Assembly: GCA_044222475.1 (NCBI GenBank)
Contig: JBGANF010000065.1
Coordinates: forward strand, 1 to 41,832
Origin: Polyangiaceae bacterium
GTDB lineage: Bacteria > Myxococcota_A > Polyangia > Polyangiales > Polyangiaceae
Length of the DNA: 41,832 nt
Direction: 5' to 3'
Shown: piece by piece, positions 8,736-17,400 of the stretch
How the letters are laid out: every line of letters begins with the position of its first letter
Numbering within the stretch: the stretch's first letter is position 1
Notes under the pieces: generated by a model
Seen by the model: the letters and a program-made list of their open reading frames with translations, nothing else
Told to the model about the DNA's origin: nothing
The model's database searches: none
Program-made: the position numbers and the translations under genes

Positions 8736-9535
8736 TGCCGTTCACCTACGAATACCCGCGCCCAGCGGTCACGGCCGACGTGGTCCTCTTCGCTGCGCGA
8801 GGAGCAGAGCTCTCGGTCCTTCTCATCCGTCGCGCGCGAGCGCCCTTTCGTGGCTCGTGGGCACTCCCCGGCGGTTTCGTGGACGAGCACGAGTCGCTCG
8901 AGCGTGCCGCAGCGCGCGAGCTCCAAGAAGAGACGAGCCTCACCGGCTTGCGCCTCGAGCAGCTCGGCGCGTTCGGCGATCCCGGGCGCGATCCGCGCGG
9001 ACACACGGTGACCGTCGCGTACTGGGCGTTTCTCCACACTCCGCCGCGCGCGACCGCCGCCGACGACGCAGCCGAGGTCCAGTGGATGCCGCTCTCGGCG
9101 CTCGCCCTCGCCGACGACGCGCCAGGCCCCGCGGGGCGAGGCAAGTCGAAGCGCGGCACCTCGCGCGGTCTCGCTCAGCTCGCGTTCGATCACAAGCGAA
9201 TCATCAACCTCGCGCGCCAGCGCTTGCGCGATCGCCTCGCGGCTCCGCCGGGGCCCACCGGGCTCGCCGATTTCGTCCCGCCGCGGTTCACCCTCGGTGA
9301 GCTGCAGCACGTGTTCGAGGTCGCCCTCGGCCGTCAGCTCGATCGGCGCAATTTCCGGGCGAAGCTCCTCGCCGACAAGGTCGTGGAGCCCGCGCTCGGC
9401 GTCCGCTCGGGGCGGCACCGACCGGCGCAGCTGTTCCGGCTCGTCGCCGAGCCTGGTGCCGCGCCGGCGCCGCAAGCGGCGCCCAAGCGACCAGCGAAGC
9501 GTTCGCGGTCGAAGCGCAAGAAGGCCGCGCATTGA
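8735..9535 (+). CDS. nrtR: NrtR-family regulator (NUDIX hydrolase + winged HTH)
   Basis: YPRPAVTADVV, WALPGGFV..ESLERAAARELQEET, RDPRG, LAFDH, FTLGELQ..LDRRNFR, RPAQLF; TGATG overlap with arsA. Confidence 0.88.
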   Translation: MPFTYEYPRPAVTADVVLFAARGAELSVLLIRRARAPFRGSWALPGGFVDEHESLERAAARELQEETSLTGLRLEQLGAFGDPGRDPRGHTVTVAYWAFLHTPPRATAADDAAEVQWMPLSALALADDAPGPAGRGKSKRGTSRGLAQLAFDHKRIINLARQRLRDRLAAPPGPTGLADFVPPRFTLGELQHVFEVALGRQLDRRNFRAKLLADKVVEPALGVRSGRHRPAQLFRLVAEPGAAPAPQAAPKRPAKRSRSKRKKAAH

Positions 9536-9565
9536 GCGCCGGGAACGAAGTACCATCGACCCTCG

Positions 9566-10999
9566 ATGCGCACTCCGGTCCCTCCGTCGCCGGCACTCGC
9601 CGTCAACGCACTGTCGCTCGGTCTCGACGCGTTTCAAGCGATCACCGCCTCGGTCCACTCGGGCCTCGCCAACTCGCGAGCCAGCTTCGAGTGCGTCATC
9701 GATGGTGACGCTTCGTTCGACGTACTCGCCGGAGTCGAGCCGCTGCTCGACGCGCTCGAGCGCTTCCGGATCAAGAGCGACGAGCTGACGTACCTCGAAG
9801 GCATCGGCGCCATCGACGCGACGGTGAAGCAGCGGCTCGACGACGCGCGGTTCACGTGCGACGTCGACGCCGCTCCCGAAGGGTCGCTCGTCTTCTCGGG
9901 CGAGCCCGTGCTGATCGTCGAAGGTCCCTTCTGGCAGGTGCAGCTCGTCGAAGCGTGGGTGCGCGGCTCGCTCGACGCGGCGACTCACGTCGCGACCCAC
10001 TTCGCGCACTGCGCGCTCGTCGCCGAAGACGCCGAGATCATCGAGACCGGCACCGAGATCATCAATCGCCTCGGCGGCAATCCGCTCGCGTCGCGTGCCG
10101 CGTACGTCGGTGGTGGTGGCGCCAGCACGAACGCGCTGGCCGGTCGTCGTTACGGCGTTCCCGTCCGCGCGCGGCAACCGCCGAGCTTCATCCTTTCGAG
10201 CGCGGGGGAAACGGCGGCGTTCGAGCACTGGCTCAAGAGCGTGAGCGAGCAGCCGATCCTCCGCGTCGACGTGCGCGATGCGGTCGGCGGGATCGATCGC
10301 GCCGTCGTCGCGACGCGTTCGCGGGCCACGGCTTCGTGGAGCGACGCGCCCATCGTGATCGAGCTCCACGCCGACCTCGTCGTCGAGCTCGCGCCGGTCG
10401 CGGCGGAGCGGTTCGCCAAAGCGGGTCTCAAAGAGCCGGTCCTCGTCGTACGTGGCGCCGACAGCCCGGCTCGCATCGCCGAGCTCCGCGCGACCGGCGT
10501 GCCGATCGCGGCCTTCGTGGTCGAGACCCCGGCCGACGAGCGACGCTCGATGCACTACGAGGTCGCCGCGATCGACGAAGGCGGGCACTGGTCGCCTAGG
10601 ATTCACCTCGGCAATCGCGTCGACAGCTCCACGATCCCGGGCCGCAAGGTGGTGCTTCGCTACTTCGACGCCGAGGGTCACCCGGTGGGGGACATCGTGC
10701 ACGCATCCAACGAGCGTCACCTCGCTCCGAAGGACGCGAAGCTCGTCGATCACCACACCGGCTTCTCGGTGAAGCTCCGCGACGCTGCGACGAGCGCTCC
10801 TCTCCTGGTGAAGATGATGCGCGCCGGGAAGCGTCTCCAACAGACCGAGCCCGCGCGCGAGTCGCGTGAACGAGCGCTTCGGGCGGCGCGCTCGCTCCTT
10901 CCGCGCCACAAGCGGATCCTCTCGCCGGCCCCGTATCCCTGCGGCGTGACACCGCTTCTCGCGGCCGCGCGCGCCGAGCTCGCCAACAAAGTCCGCTGA
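9566..10999 (+). CDS. pncB: Nicotinate phosphoribosyltransferase homolog, catalytically degenerate
   Basis: The overall PncB layout is retained (F..DELTYL, F.CDV.A.PEG..VF..EP...VEGP...QLVE, RAAYVGG...STN..AG..YG.P, PGRK.V.R), but the DxY, DFGxRR, GTxAHS, DTY and RxDSG motifs are substituted. Confidence 0.75.
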   Translation: MRTPVPPSPALAVNALSLGLDAFQAITASVHSGLANSRASFECVIDGDASFDVLAGVEPLLDALERFRIKSDELTYLEGIGAIDATVKQRLDDARFTCDVDAAPEGSLVFSGEPVLIVEGPFWQVQLVEAWVRGSLDAATHVATHFAHCALVAEDAEIIETGTEIINRLGGNPLASRAAYVGGGGASTNALAGRRYGVPVRARQPPSFILSSAGETAAFEHWLKSVSEQPILRVDVRDAVGGIDRAVVATRSRATASWSDAPIVIELHADLVVELAPVAAERFAKAGLKEPVLVVRGADSPARIAELRATGVPIAAFVVETPADERRSMHYEVAAIDEGGHWSPRIHLGNRVDSSTIPGRKVVLRYFDAEGHPVGDIVHASNERHLAPKDAKLVDHHTGFSVKLRDAATSAPLLVKMMRAGKRLQQTEPARESRERALRAARSLLPRHKRILSPAPYPCGVTPLLAAARAELANKVR

Positions 11000-11012
11000 T
11001 TGACGGGGGGGC

Positions 11013-11040
11013 TTGACGCCGCACGGGCGTTCTCTACGCT
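11013..11040 (+). promoter_or_regulatory. Putative sigma70-type promoter of sod
   Basis: TTGACG (11013-11018), 16-nt spacer, TACGCT (11035-11040). A second TTGACG lies at 11000-11005, and a GAGG SD precedes the ATG at 11081. Confidence 0.45.
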
Positions 11041-11080
11041 CACGACCCCCGCAACGAACAAGGAACGAGGGACCCCGACC

Positions 11081-11692
11081 ATGGCATACGAACTACCCCC
11101 GCTGCCGTACCCGTACGACTCGCTCGAGCCCCACATCGACAAGGCGACGCTCGAGTTCCACCACGACAAGCACCACAAGGGCTACGTCGATGGTCTGAAC
11201 GCAGCGCTCGGCAAGCTCGACGAAGCGCGCAAGAGCGGCGACATGGCGCTCGTGCAGCACTACGAGCGGCTCGTCGGCTTCCACGGTGCGGGTCACCAGA
11301 ACCACGTGCAGTACTGGGAGAACATGGCGCCCCCCGGCAAGGGCGGCGGCGGCGAGCCGACGGGCGCGCTCGCGGCGCAGATCACGAAGGACTTCGGCTC
11401 GTTCGACGGGCTCAAGAAGGAGCTCACCGCGGCGACCGTCAGCGTCGAAGCGTCGGGCTGGGGTCTCCTCGCGTGGGAGCCGCTCGGCAAGCGCCTCATC
11501 ACGCTCGCGCTGATGAACCACCAGAACTCGAGCTTCGTCGGCGCCGCGCCGCTGCTCATCTGCGACGCGTGGGAGCACGCGTACTACCTGAAGTACCAGA
11601 ACCGCCGCGCCGACTACGTCGCCGCGTGGTGGAACCTGGTCAACTGGGAGAACGTCGCGAAGCGCTTCGCGGTCGCGACCCATTCGCACTAG
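11081..11692 (+). CDS. sodA: Fe/Mn superoxide dismutase
   Basis: YELPPLPYPYDSLEPHI, HHDKHH, GHQNH, SGWG, DAWEHAYYLKYQN. Confidence 0.96.
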   Translation: MAYELPPLPYPYDSLEPHIDKATLEFHHDKHHKGYVDGLNAALGKLDEARKSGDMALVQHYERLVGFHGAGHQNHVQYWENMAPPGKGGGGEPTGALAAQITKDFGSFDGLKKELTAATVSVEASGWGLLAWEPLGKRLITLALMNHQNSSFVGAAPLLICDAWEHAYYLKYQNRRADYVAAWWNLVNWENVAKRFAVATHSH

Positions 11693-11701
11693 GCGTCGAA
11701 T

Positions 11702-11907
11702 GGCGCCCCGGACTGAAGTCCGGGGCAGCAGCGGACCCGAGGCAAGACCCGACCAAAGCCCGCCCAGGAGGGCGGGCTCCCGCTGCAGGGTGTCGAAGAT
11801 ACCAAGTTGGGACAACAATGAGAGTCCGCCCTCCTGGGCGGACTTTGGGCGAGCCAGCAATGGGCCCGTTGCTGCCCCGGACTTCAGTCACTTCAGTCCG
11901 GGGCGCC
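11702..11907. repeat. REP/REPIN-like palindromic element, copy 1 (hairpins A-B-core-B'-A')
   Basis: GCCCCGGACT-GA-AGTCCGGGGC (11705-11726), AGCCCGCCC-AGGA-GGGCGGGCT (11757-11778), inverted counterparts at 11823-11844 and ~11874-11907. A closely similar copy lies at 24972-25171. Confidence 0.85.
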
Positions 11908-12285
11908 CGCGTCGGCGCTCGAGTCAGTGCTTCCGTCCACGCCAGCGTCGGCGACGCACGTCGCCGGCGGAAAGAGCCGTGGCGTTTCGCTCGCCAGCTG
12001 AACGAATGGGCAACAATCGTCGCCCGCGCGGAACGCGAGCTTTGACGTCACCGTGGTCCCCTCGCCATAGGTGACGGTGACGGTGCAGGTTTCGCCCGCG
12101 GCGCCTCGGATGGTACCGCCATCGAGGTTGGTTCCACTGCACGTGGATGTGACGCTCTTGAAACCGCACGGCGAGTACAAGAAGGCAGCGCCGATGGGAC
12201 AGGGCGTCGACCCGCAAGGGGGCGCACTCTGGCAAGCAGCGGTAGCGCCGACCAGGGTGAAAGCGAGAGCGAGAACGACTCTCAT
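11893..12285 (-). CDS. Small Cys-rich lipoprotein
   Basis: [18 protein letters not shown] signal/lipobox. The ATG overlaps the kinase stop (ATGA); its own stop lies inside the repeat element. Confidence 0.65.
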   Translation of the reverse strand: MRVVLALAFTLVGATAACQSAPPCGSTPCPIGAAFLYSPCGFKSVTSTCSGTNLDGGTIRGAAGETCTVTVTYGEGTTVTSKLAFRAGDDCCPFVQLASETPRLFPPATCVADAGVDGSTDSSADAGAPD

Positions 12286-13625
12286 TTCGACGGGCGCTTG
12301 ATCCCCGAGCTTCGCACCAGGTTCTCGAGATCGCTGAACCGCTGCGCCAGCGCGCGGACCAGCGCTCCGGTCCAGCCCGACAGCCCGAGGCCCTCGTTCA
12401 TCGTCGCCTTGTCGAGGACGAGCACCACCACCTGATCCACCGCCGACACGCTCGCCGCGCGCGGCTCGAAGAGGATCAGCGCCATCTCGCCGAAGACATC
12501 TCCGGGCTCCATCATCGCGAGCGTCTCCTCCGCGCCGTTCACCGTGCGGAACGCGCGGCAACGGCCGGCGACGATCATGTACGCCTCGTCGCCCTTGTCG
12601 CCTTCGCGCATGATGATCTCGCCCGGGGCGAACGTCTTCTGCGGGAGGTGCAGCCCTCCGCGAAGGAACGCGCGCAGCCCATCCGCGAGCTCGGTGGCGT
12701 TCGGGTAGCGCTTCGCCGGGTCGGGCTGGGTCGCGCGCTCGGCGATCGCGCGCACGCGCCGCGCCACGCCGAGCTGCTCGCACGACTTGTCGATCGAGAG
12801 CACTGTGCCCTTCTCGGCGAGCTTCAGCGCGACGTGCGTGGCCGTGCGGCCGTACGGTCCATGCCCGCACAGGATCTCGAAGAGGATCGCTCCGAGCCCG
12901 AACACGTCGGAGCGCTCGTCGACGTCGGCCGGGTTTCCGCGCGCTTGCTCCGGCGACATGAACTGCGGCGTGCCGACCGGACCCTTCGTGTTCATCATCG
13001 CGCTCGGCCCCGACGCCGGCTGCGATCGCAGGAGCTTCGCGAGGCCCCAGTCCATCAGGTACACCTGGCCGAAATCTCCGACCATGATGTTCTCGGGCTT
13101 GAGGTCGCGGTGAACGACGCCGCGGTGGTGCGCGTACGCGACGGCGTCGCACACCTTGATCAGGATCTCGATGCCGCCTTCGATCCGCTCGACGGTCCCC
13201 AGCTTGCGCTCGTGGAGCCAGCGGTCGAACGACACGCCCTGCACGAGCTTCATCGTGAAGTACGGGACGCCGTGCTCGTCGATCGCGAGCTCGTGCACGG
13301 GGACGATGTTCGGGTGCTCGAGCTGCCCGGTGATCTGCGCCTCGGCGACGAACGCGTCGCGGTAGAACGCCTTGCCCAGCAGCGACTTGTCGAGCCGCTT
13401 CAGGGCGAGGTCACGCAGCAGGTTCTTGTCGGACGCCGGGTGCACGTGTCCCATCGCGCCGCGGCCGAGCTCGCGACGAACGACGAGGTGCGGCGGCGTC
13501 GGGATCTTCTCCTGCGCGATCAGATCGGCGGGGAGCGCGGGTGCCTCGGCGACTGGGATCGCCTCCACGACGCGGACAGTGCCAACCGGTGGCGGCGGGG
13601 GATCGTCGAGGAACGGGTTCTTCAC
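12282..13625 (-). CDS. Ser/Thr kinase fused to a C-terminal cyclic-nucleotide-binding domain
   Basis: [26 protein letters not shown]; then F.PGEII.REGD.GD..Y.I..G and the phosphate-binding cassette FGEMAL...PRAASV. Confidence 0.92.
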   Translation of the reverse strand: MKNPFLDDPPPPPVGTVRVVEAIPVAEAPALPADLIAQEKIPTPPHLVVRRELGRGAMGHVHPASDKNLLRDLALKRLDKSLLGKAFYRDAFVAEAQITGQLEHPNIVPVHELAIDEHGVPYFTMKLVQGVSFDRWLHERKLGTVERIEGGIEILIKVCDAVAYAHHRGVVHRDLKPENIMVGDFGQVYLMDWGLAKLLRSQPASGPSAMMNTKGPVGTPQFMSPEQARGNPADVDERSDVFGLGAILFEILCGHGPYGRTATHVALKLAEKGTVLSIDKSCEQLGVARRVRAIAERATQPDPAKRYPNATELADGLRAFLRGGLHLPQKTFAPGEIIMREGDKGDEAYMIVAGRCRAFRTVNGAEETLAMMEPGDVFGEMALILFEPRAASVSAVDQVVVLVLDKATMNEGLGLSGWTGALVRALAQRFSDLENLVRSSGIKRPSK

Positions 13626-13707
13626 CCCTCGAAAGTATCACTAGGTCGAGGGGTGGATCGGCCGACCATCCTTGCGCGTCCAGAGGGCCGGATTCACCTT
13701 GAAAACC

Positions 13708-14148
13708 ATGGAAGGAACACTCGAGGTTCTCGCGGAGGCGAGGGTGCTCGGCGCGCTCCTCGAAGAGCTGGCGCGTCGTGCGTCGGGGTACGAGCTGGTG
13801 GCGCATTGGCAGCAAGGCGAGTTTCATCACGACGTCGTGCTCGTGCCGAAGAAGACCGAGCCGTTCGGGCCCACGCTCGTCGTCGCGACGAACTGCAACG
13901 GCGGCGTCAAAGAGGTGCTCTCGTTCGACGGCACGCCCGATCGTGACGCGCTATGGCACTGGCGCTGTCCGAGCGACGCGTCGTTCTCGGGCGAGCTCCC
14001 GCCGATCCTCGGTCGCGCCGTCACGGAGCACTGGTTCGATCCGTGCGAGCTCCTGCGCGACGACGCTCGGAGCGAGCTCAAGGAAGAGTTCCGCGAGCGA
14101 CAGGACGGCGGCGGTTGGAAGATGAAGAGCTGCGGAACGAAGCGTTAG
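13708..14148 (+). CDS. Hypothetical protein
   Basis: Good codon bias; motif-like segments HWQQGEFHHD, ATNCNGGVKE and HWFDPCEL. Confidence 0.7.
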   Translation: MEGTLEVLAEARVLGALLEELARRASGYELVAHWQQGEFHHDVVLVPKKTEPFGPTLVVATNCNGGVKEVLSFDGTPDRDALWHWRCPSDASFSGELPPILGRAVTEHWFDPCELLRDDARSELKEEFRERQDGGGWKMKSCGTKR

Positions 14149-15110
14149 CTCACCGACAGCACGAGGACGAGAAACGCGAGCAGGACGACCAGCGCCGCGA
14201 TCACCCCGACGATCACCCCGATGATCTTCCACCACGAGTAGGGAGCCGAGCCCTTCACGATCTGCGGGTTCTGCCCGTGCACGATCGCGCGGTACAGCGC
14301 GCCCCGGTAGCGATACGCGAGGACGTACGCCGGCAGACCGACGCGCGCCGTGGTGAGCCCGCGAAGAACGAGCGCGACGTGCACGTTCCGGAACGACGAT
14401 CCGGGGATGATCCCGCGCTGGAGGTTCTGCGCGGCGATCTGATGAACGGCGTCGACGACGTACCCGCGCGCGGCCGAGCGCTGGACGTCGAAGCGCTCCG
14501 CGATGCGCGGGTCGATCTGGTTCGTGAGCGCGCGCAGATCGTAGTACGGCCCGAGCGCGGCCCACTCGGCGGGCGTGAGCCCGCGCGACGCGCTGACGAT
14601 CACGTTGCGGAACTGCATGGGGGTCTGTCCGGCGTGCGGCGCCCACGACGACTGTCCCGTTCCGTAGTTCGAGTCGGCGGTCCAGCTCACGAGCGCGTCG
14701 GCCTGGACGATCCACGCGGCCCAGTGGAGCGGCGCGAGCGCTGCGATCGTCGCTCCGCTCGCGAGATCGCTCGGTCGGAAGAACCCGAGCGTCTTCATCC
14801 ACTGCCGCAGCGCTTGCTGCGCCGTCGCCAGATCGAAGGCGAACGGCACGACCGACTCCGCCGCCTCCACGGGATCGACCGGTTGCTCCAACCGCAGGAC
14901 CGACGCACAGAACGTGCAGCGAGCGCCCTGGGCCTCGGGCGAGTAGCTCACCGCCGCGCCGCACTGCTCGCACCGCAGGATCGCGGCGGCGGCTTCGGGG
15001 CGCGGCGCAGCGTTCGTGTCCGGCGTGGCGAGACCGCACACGGCGCACCGGAGATCGTGCTCCTCGATCGGCGCCTGACACCGGGCACAGCGACCGAGAG
15101 CCTCAGCCAT
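14145..15110 (-). CDS. Zinc-ribbon membrane-anchored protein
   Basis: Four CxxC pairs, VVPF motif, 'LPAYV..YRY.G..Y...VHGQ', C-terminal TM helix. Confidence 0.8.
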   Translation of the reverse strand: MAEALGRCARCQAPIEEHDLRCAVCGLATPDTNAAPRPEAAAAILRCEQCGAAVSYSPEAQGARCTFCASVLRLEQPVDPVEAAESVVPFAFDLATAQQALRQWMKTLGFFRPSDLASGATIAALAPLHWAAWIVQADALVSWTADSNYGTGQSSWAPHAGQTPMQFRNVIVSASRGLTPAEWAALGPYYDLRALTNQIDPRIAERFDVQRSAARGYVVDAVHQIAAQNLQRGIIPGSSFRNVHVALVLRGLTTARVGLPAYVLAYRYRGALYRAIVHGQNPQIVKGSAPYSWWKIIGVIVGVIAALVVLLAFLVLVLSVS

Positions 15111-16032
15111 CGCCCACCGCCCAGACCAGCGCGAAGAACCCGGCGACGAGCGCGAAGAGCAGGAGGATCGGGATGATGATCGCGAGCGCGATGCGCAGGG
15201 CCGACTTCGGGACGACCCCTGCGGTCTTCGCGGTCTGGCCGTTGACCAGGATGTGGAGCACGGGCTTCTTCGCGTCGTAGCGGACGGTGAAGACCCACAG
15301 CGGCACGAGGGCGAGGTCGACGACCTCGTTGTCGAGCCAGGTGCGGTACTGCAGGTTCTGCGAGCTGTCTCCCGGCATGAAGTACTGGAGACCCTGTCCC
15401 ACTTTGGTAACGGCCTCTTGCCGGGCGAGCCCGGCGCAGGTCGCGAGGTCGAGGGTCGGGAGCTCGGCTGGCCAGCCCGACAGCGCAGTCGGGGTCGCTC
15501 GCCGGAGGTAGCGCAGATCGAACGGCTCGACCGACTCGAGCCACGCGTTGTTCAGGAAGCGCGACGCGGTGACGAGCACGTCGCGCACGACGCTGGATTG
15601 GATGCCGTTCAGGTGCCGCCACTCGGTGCGGGTGACGGTGCGGCTCGCCTCGACCGTGTTCCCGTTCGAGTCCGTCGTCGTGTAGTACTCCGTCTCGGTG
15701 TAGTTCTCGCCGATGGACGCGCTGTACTCCGCGTGGGCGACCGCGCCGTACAAGTACGCCGGCGCGTACACGCCGCGCACGTCATCGATGGTCGCGGAGC
15801 GCAAGCCGGGGTGGGTGAAGAACCCGCTCTTCACCTGCATCCACTGGCGCAGCACCCGGAGCGCGTGGTCGCGCCCGAATACGAAGGGGAGGACGAAGCG
15901 CGGCCTCGGCACGTTCGCGATCGGCGGCCGCTCGACGACCGAGGGCGACGCGCAGTAGGGGCACGTCGTCGTGATCGCCTGCGGCGGCACCTCCAGCGTC
16001 GCGCCGCAGGATTGGCACGTCAGGGTCGCCAT
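15103..16032 (-). CDS. Zinc-ribbon membrane-anchored protein (paralog of the adjacent gene)
   Basis: CQSC/CPYC, VLPF, 'LVPLW...VNGQT.K..G..P', C-terminal TM helix; start MATLTC at 16032. Confidence 0.82.
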   Translation of the reverse strand: MATLTCQSCGATLEVPPQAITTTCPYCASPSVVERPPIANVPRPRFVLPFVFGRDHALRVLRQWMQVKSGFFTHPGLRSATIDDVRGVYAPAYLYGAVAHAEYSASIGENYTETEYYTTTDSNGNTVEASRTVTRTEWRHLNGIQSSVVRDVLVTASRFLNNAWLESVEPFDLRYLRRATPTALSGWPAELPTLDLATCAGLARQEAVTKVGQGLQYFMPGDSSQNLQYRTWLDNEVVDLALVPLWVFTVRYDAKKPVLHILVNGQTAKTAGVVPKSALRIALAIIIPILLLFALVAGFFALVWAVGDG

Positions 16033-16102
16033 TCGCTTTTGGACGGTATCACGGGGTCGACGCGTGCCCGTCGCCGGAGTACGATGCAAAGGGGAGTATC
16101 AC

Positions 16103-17395
16103 GTGAGAACCAAAGCTTTCTTTCTGGGTCTCTGGCTGTTCGTCGGGGTGGCGCTCGCAGTGACGAGCTGCGCGAAATCCGCAGAGCTTCTGACGTGCGC
16201 CGATGGGGAGACGGCCTGCGGCAACATCTGCGTCTCGCTCAAGACCGACAGCGAGAACTGCGGCAAGTGCGGCGCGGTGTGTGCCGTCGACCAGGCCTGC
16301 GTGGCCGGTGCGTGCGCTTCGGCGTGTCCCAAGGGGAACACCAAGTGCGGCAAGGACGGCGGCGCCTCGTTCTGCGTGAACGCCAACACCGACAACGAGA
16401 ACTGCGGCGCGTGCGGCAAGGTCTGCCCGAGCGGCCAGGTGTGCTTCGGCGGCAACTGCAGCGGGACCTGCGGCGACCAGAACAGCGGACAGACGCTGTG
16501 CCAGGGTGACGGCGGCGCGCCGTACTGCGCCAACCTCAAGACCGATCGCCAGAACTGCGGCAAGTGTGGGCAGGCGTGCGCCAGCGGGCAGCTCTGCACG
16601 CTCGGTGTCTGCAGCGGGGTGTGCATCTCCGGACAGACGACGTGCGGCGTCGACGCCGGCACGCCGTACTGCGCCAACCTCGACACCGACAACGCGAACT
16701 GCGGCACGTGCGGCAAGCAGTGCGGTGTCCTCGAGTCGTGCCTCGCTGGTGCGTGCGTCAACCAGTGTGGTCCGAACCAGAAGCTCTGCAGCGGTGACGG
16801 CGGCTCCTTCTGCGCCAACACCTTCAGCGACAACATGAACTGCGGCACGTGCGGCAACGTCTGCCCGGTGAACAAGCCCATCTGCTCCGGCGGCGTGTGC
16901 AACGCCGGCGCTGGCGGCGGCACCGTGCGCGACGTCAACGGCGTCATCAGCAACGTCACCTACGTGAAGTGCGGCAGCGGCTTGGCCGGCGCCTGCACCG
17001 AGCCGGTGGCCGAGAGCTCGTGCACTGCGCTCGGGCTCAAGCTCGTGAGCCACGCGTCGGACGGTACCGCCGGTGTGGTCTCGCTCGGAGCGACGAACTC
17101 CTGCTACTGGTCGATCTCGTACTTCACCAACAACGACCCGCTCGTCGCGAACCAGTGCCTCGTCGGCGTGTCGAACGCGAACTGGAGCCAGTGCTGCCTG
17201 CTCGGCTCGTGGCACGGCAACGTCGTCACCGTGCCCGCCACCCTGGGCCAGCAGTTCGGCTACTGCCACACGAGCAGCACCGGCTACAACGGCGGCCTCA
17301 GCAACGTGAGCGGTACCACGTGGGGATGCTCGTCGAACGCGACCGCCGCACCCTCGCGACCGGGTTGCACCACCTACTACGTGGCGTGCAAGTGA
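16103..17395 (+). CDS. Cys-rich repeat lipoprotein (5x D..NCGxCG..C, Stig1-like) with a distinct C-terminal domain
   Basis: GTG start after a GGGGAG SD; signal peptide ending VTSC; five NCGxCG repeats. Confidence 0.82.
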   Translation: MRTKAFFLGLWLFVGVALAVTSCAKSAELLTCADGETACGNICVSLKTDSENCGKCGAVCAVDQACVAGACASACPKGNTKCGKDGGASFCVNANTDNENCGACGKVCPSGQVCFGGNCSGTCGDQNSGQTLCQGDGGAPYCANLKTDRQNCGKCGQACASGQLCTLGVCSGVCISGQTTCGVDAGTPYCANLDTDNANCGTCGKQCGVLESCLAGACVNQCGPNQKLCSGDGGSFCANTFSDNMNCGTCGNVCPVNKPICSGGVCNAGAGGGTVRDVNGVISNVTYVKCGSGLAGACTEPVAESSCTALGLKLVSHASDGTAGVVSLGATNSCYWSISYFTNNDPLVANQCLVGVSNANWSQCCLLGSWHGNVVTVPATLGQQFGYCHTSSTGYNGGLSNVSGTTWGCSSNATAAPSRPGCTTYYVACK

Positions 17396-17400
17396 GGCCG

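Noticed and set aside
11700..12074. Small ORFs spanning the repeat elements (11700-12074, 24953-25183, 24970-25227)
   Set aside because: Their similarity to one another simply reflects the DNA repeat; they have no coding bias or SD.
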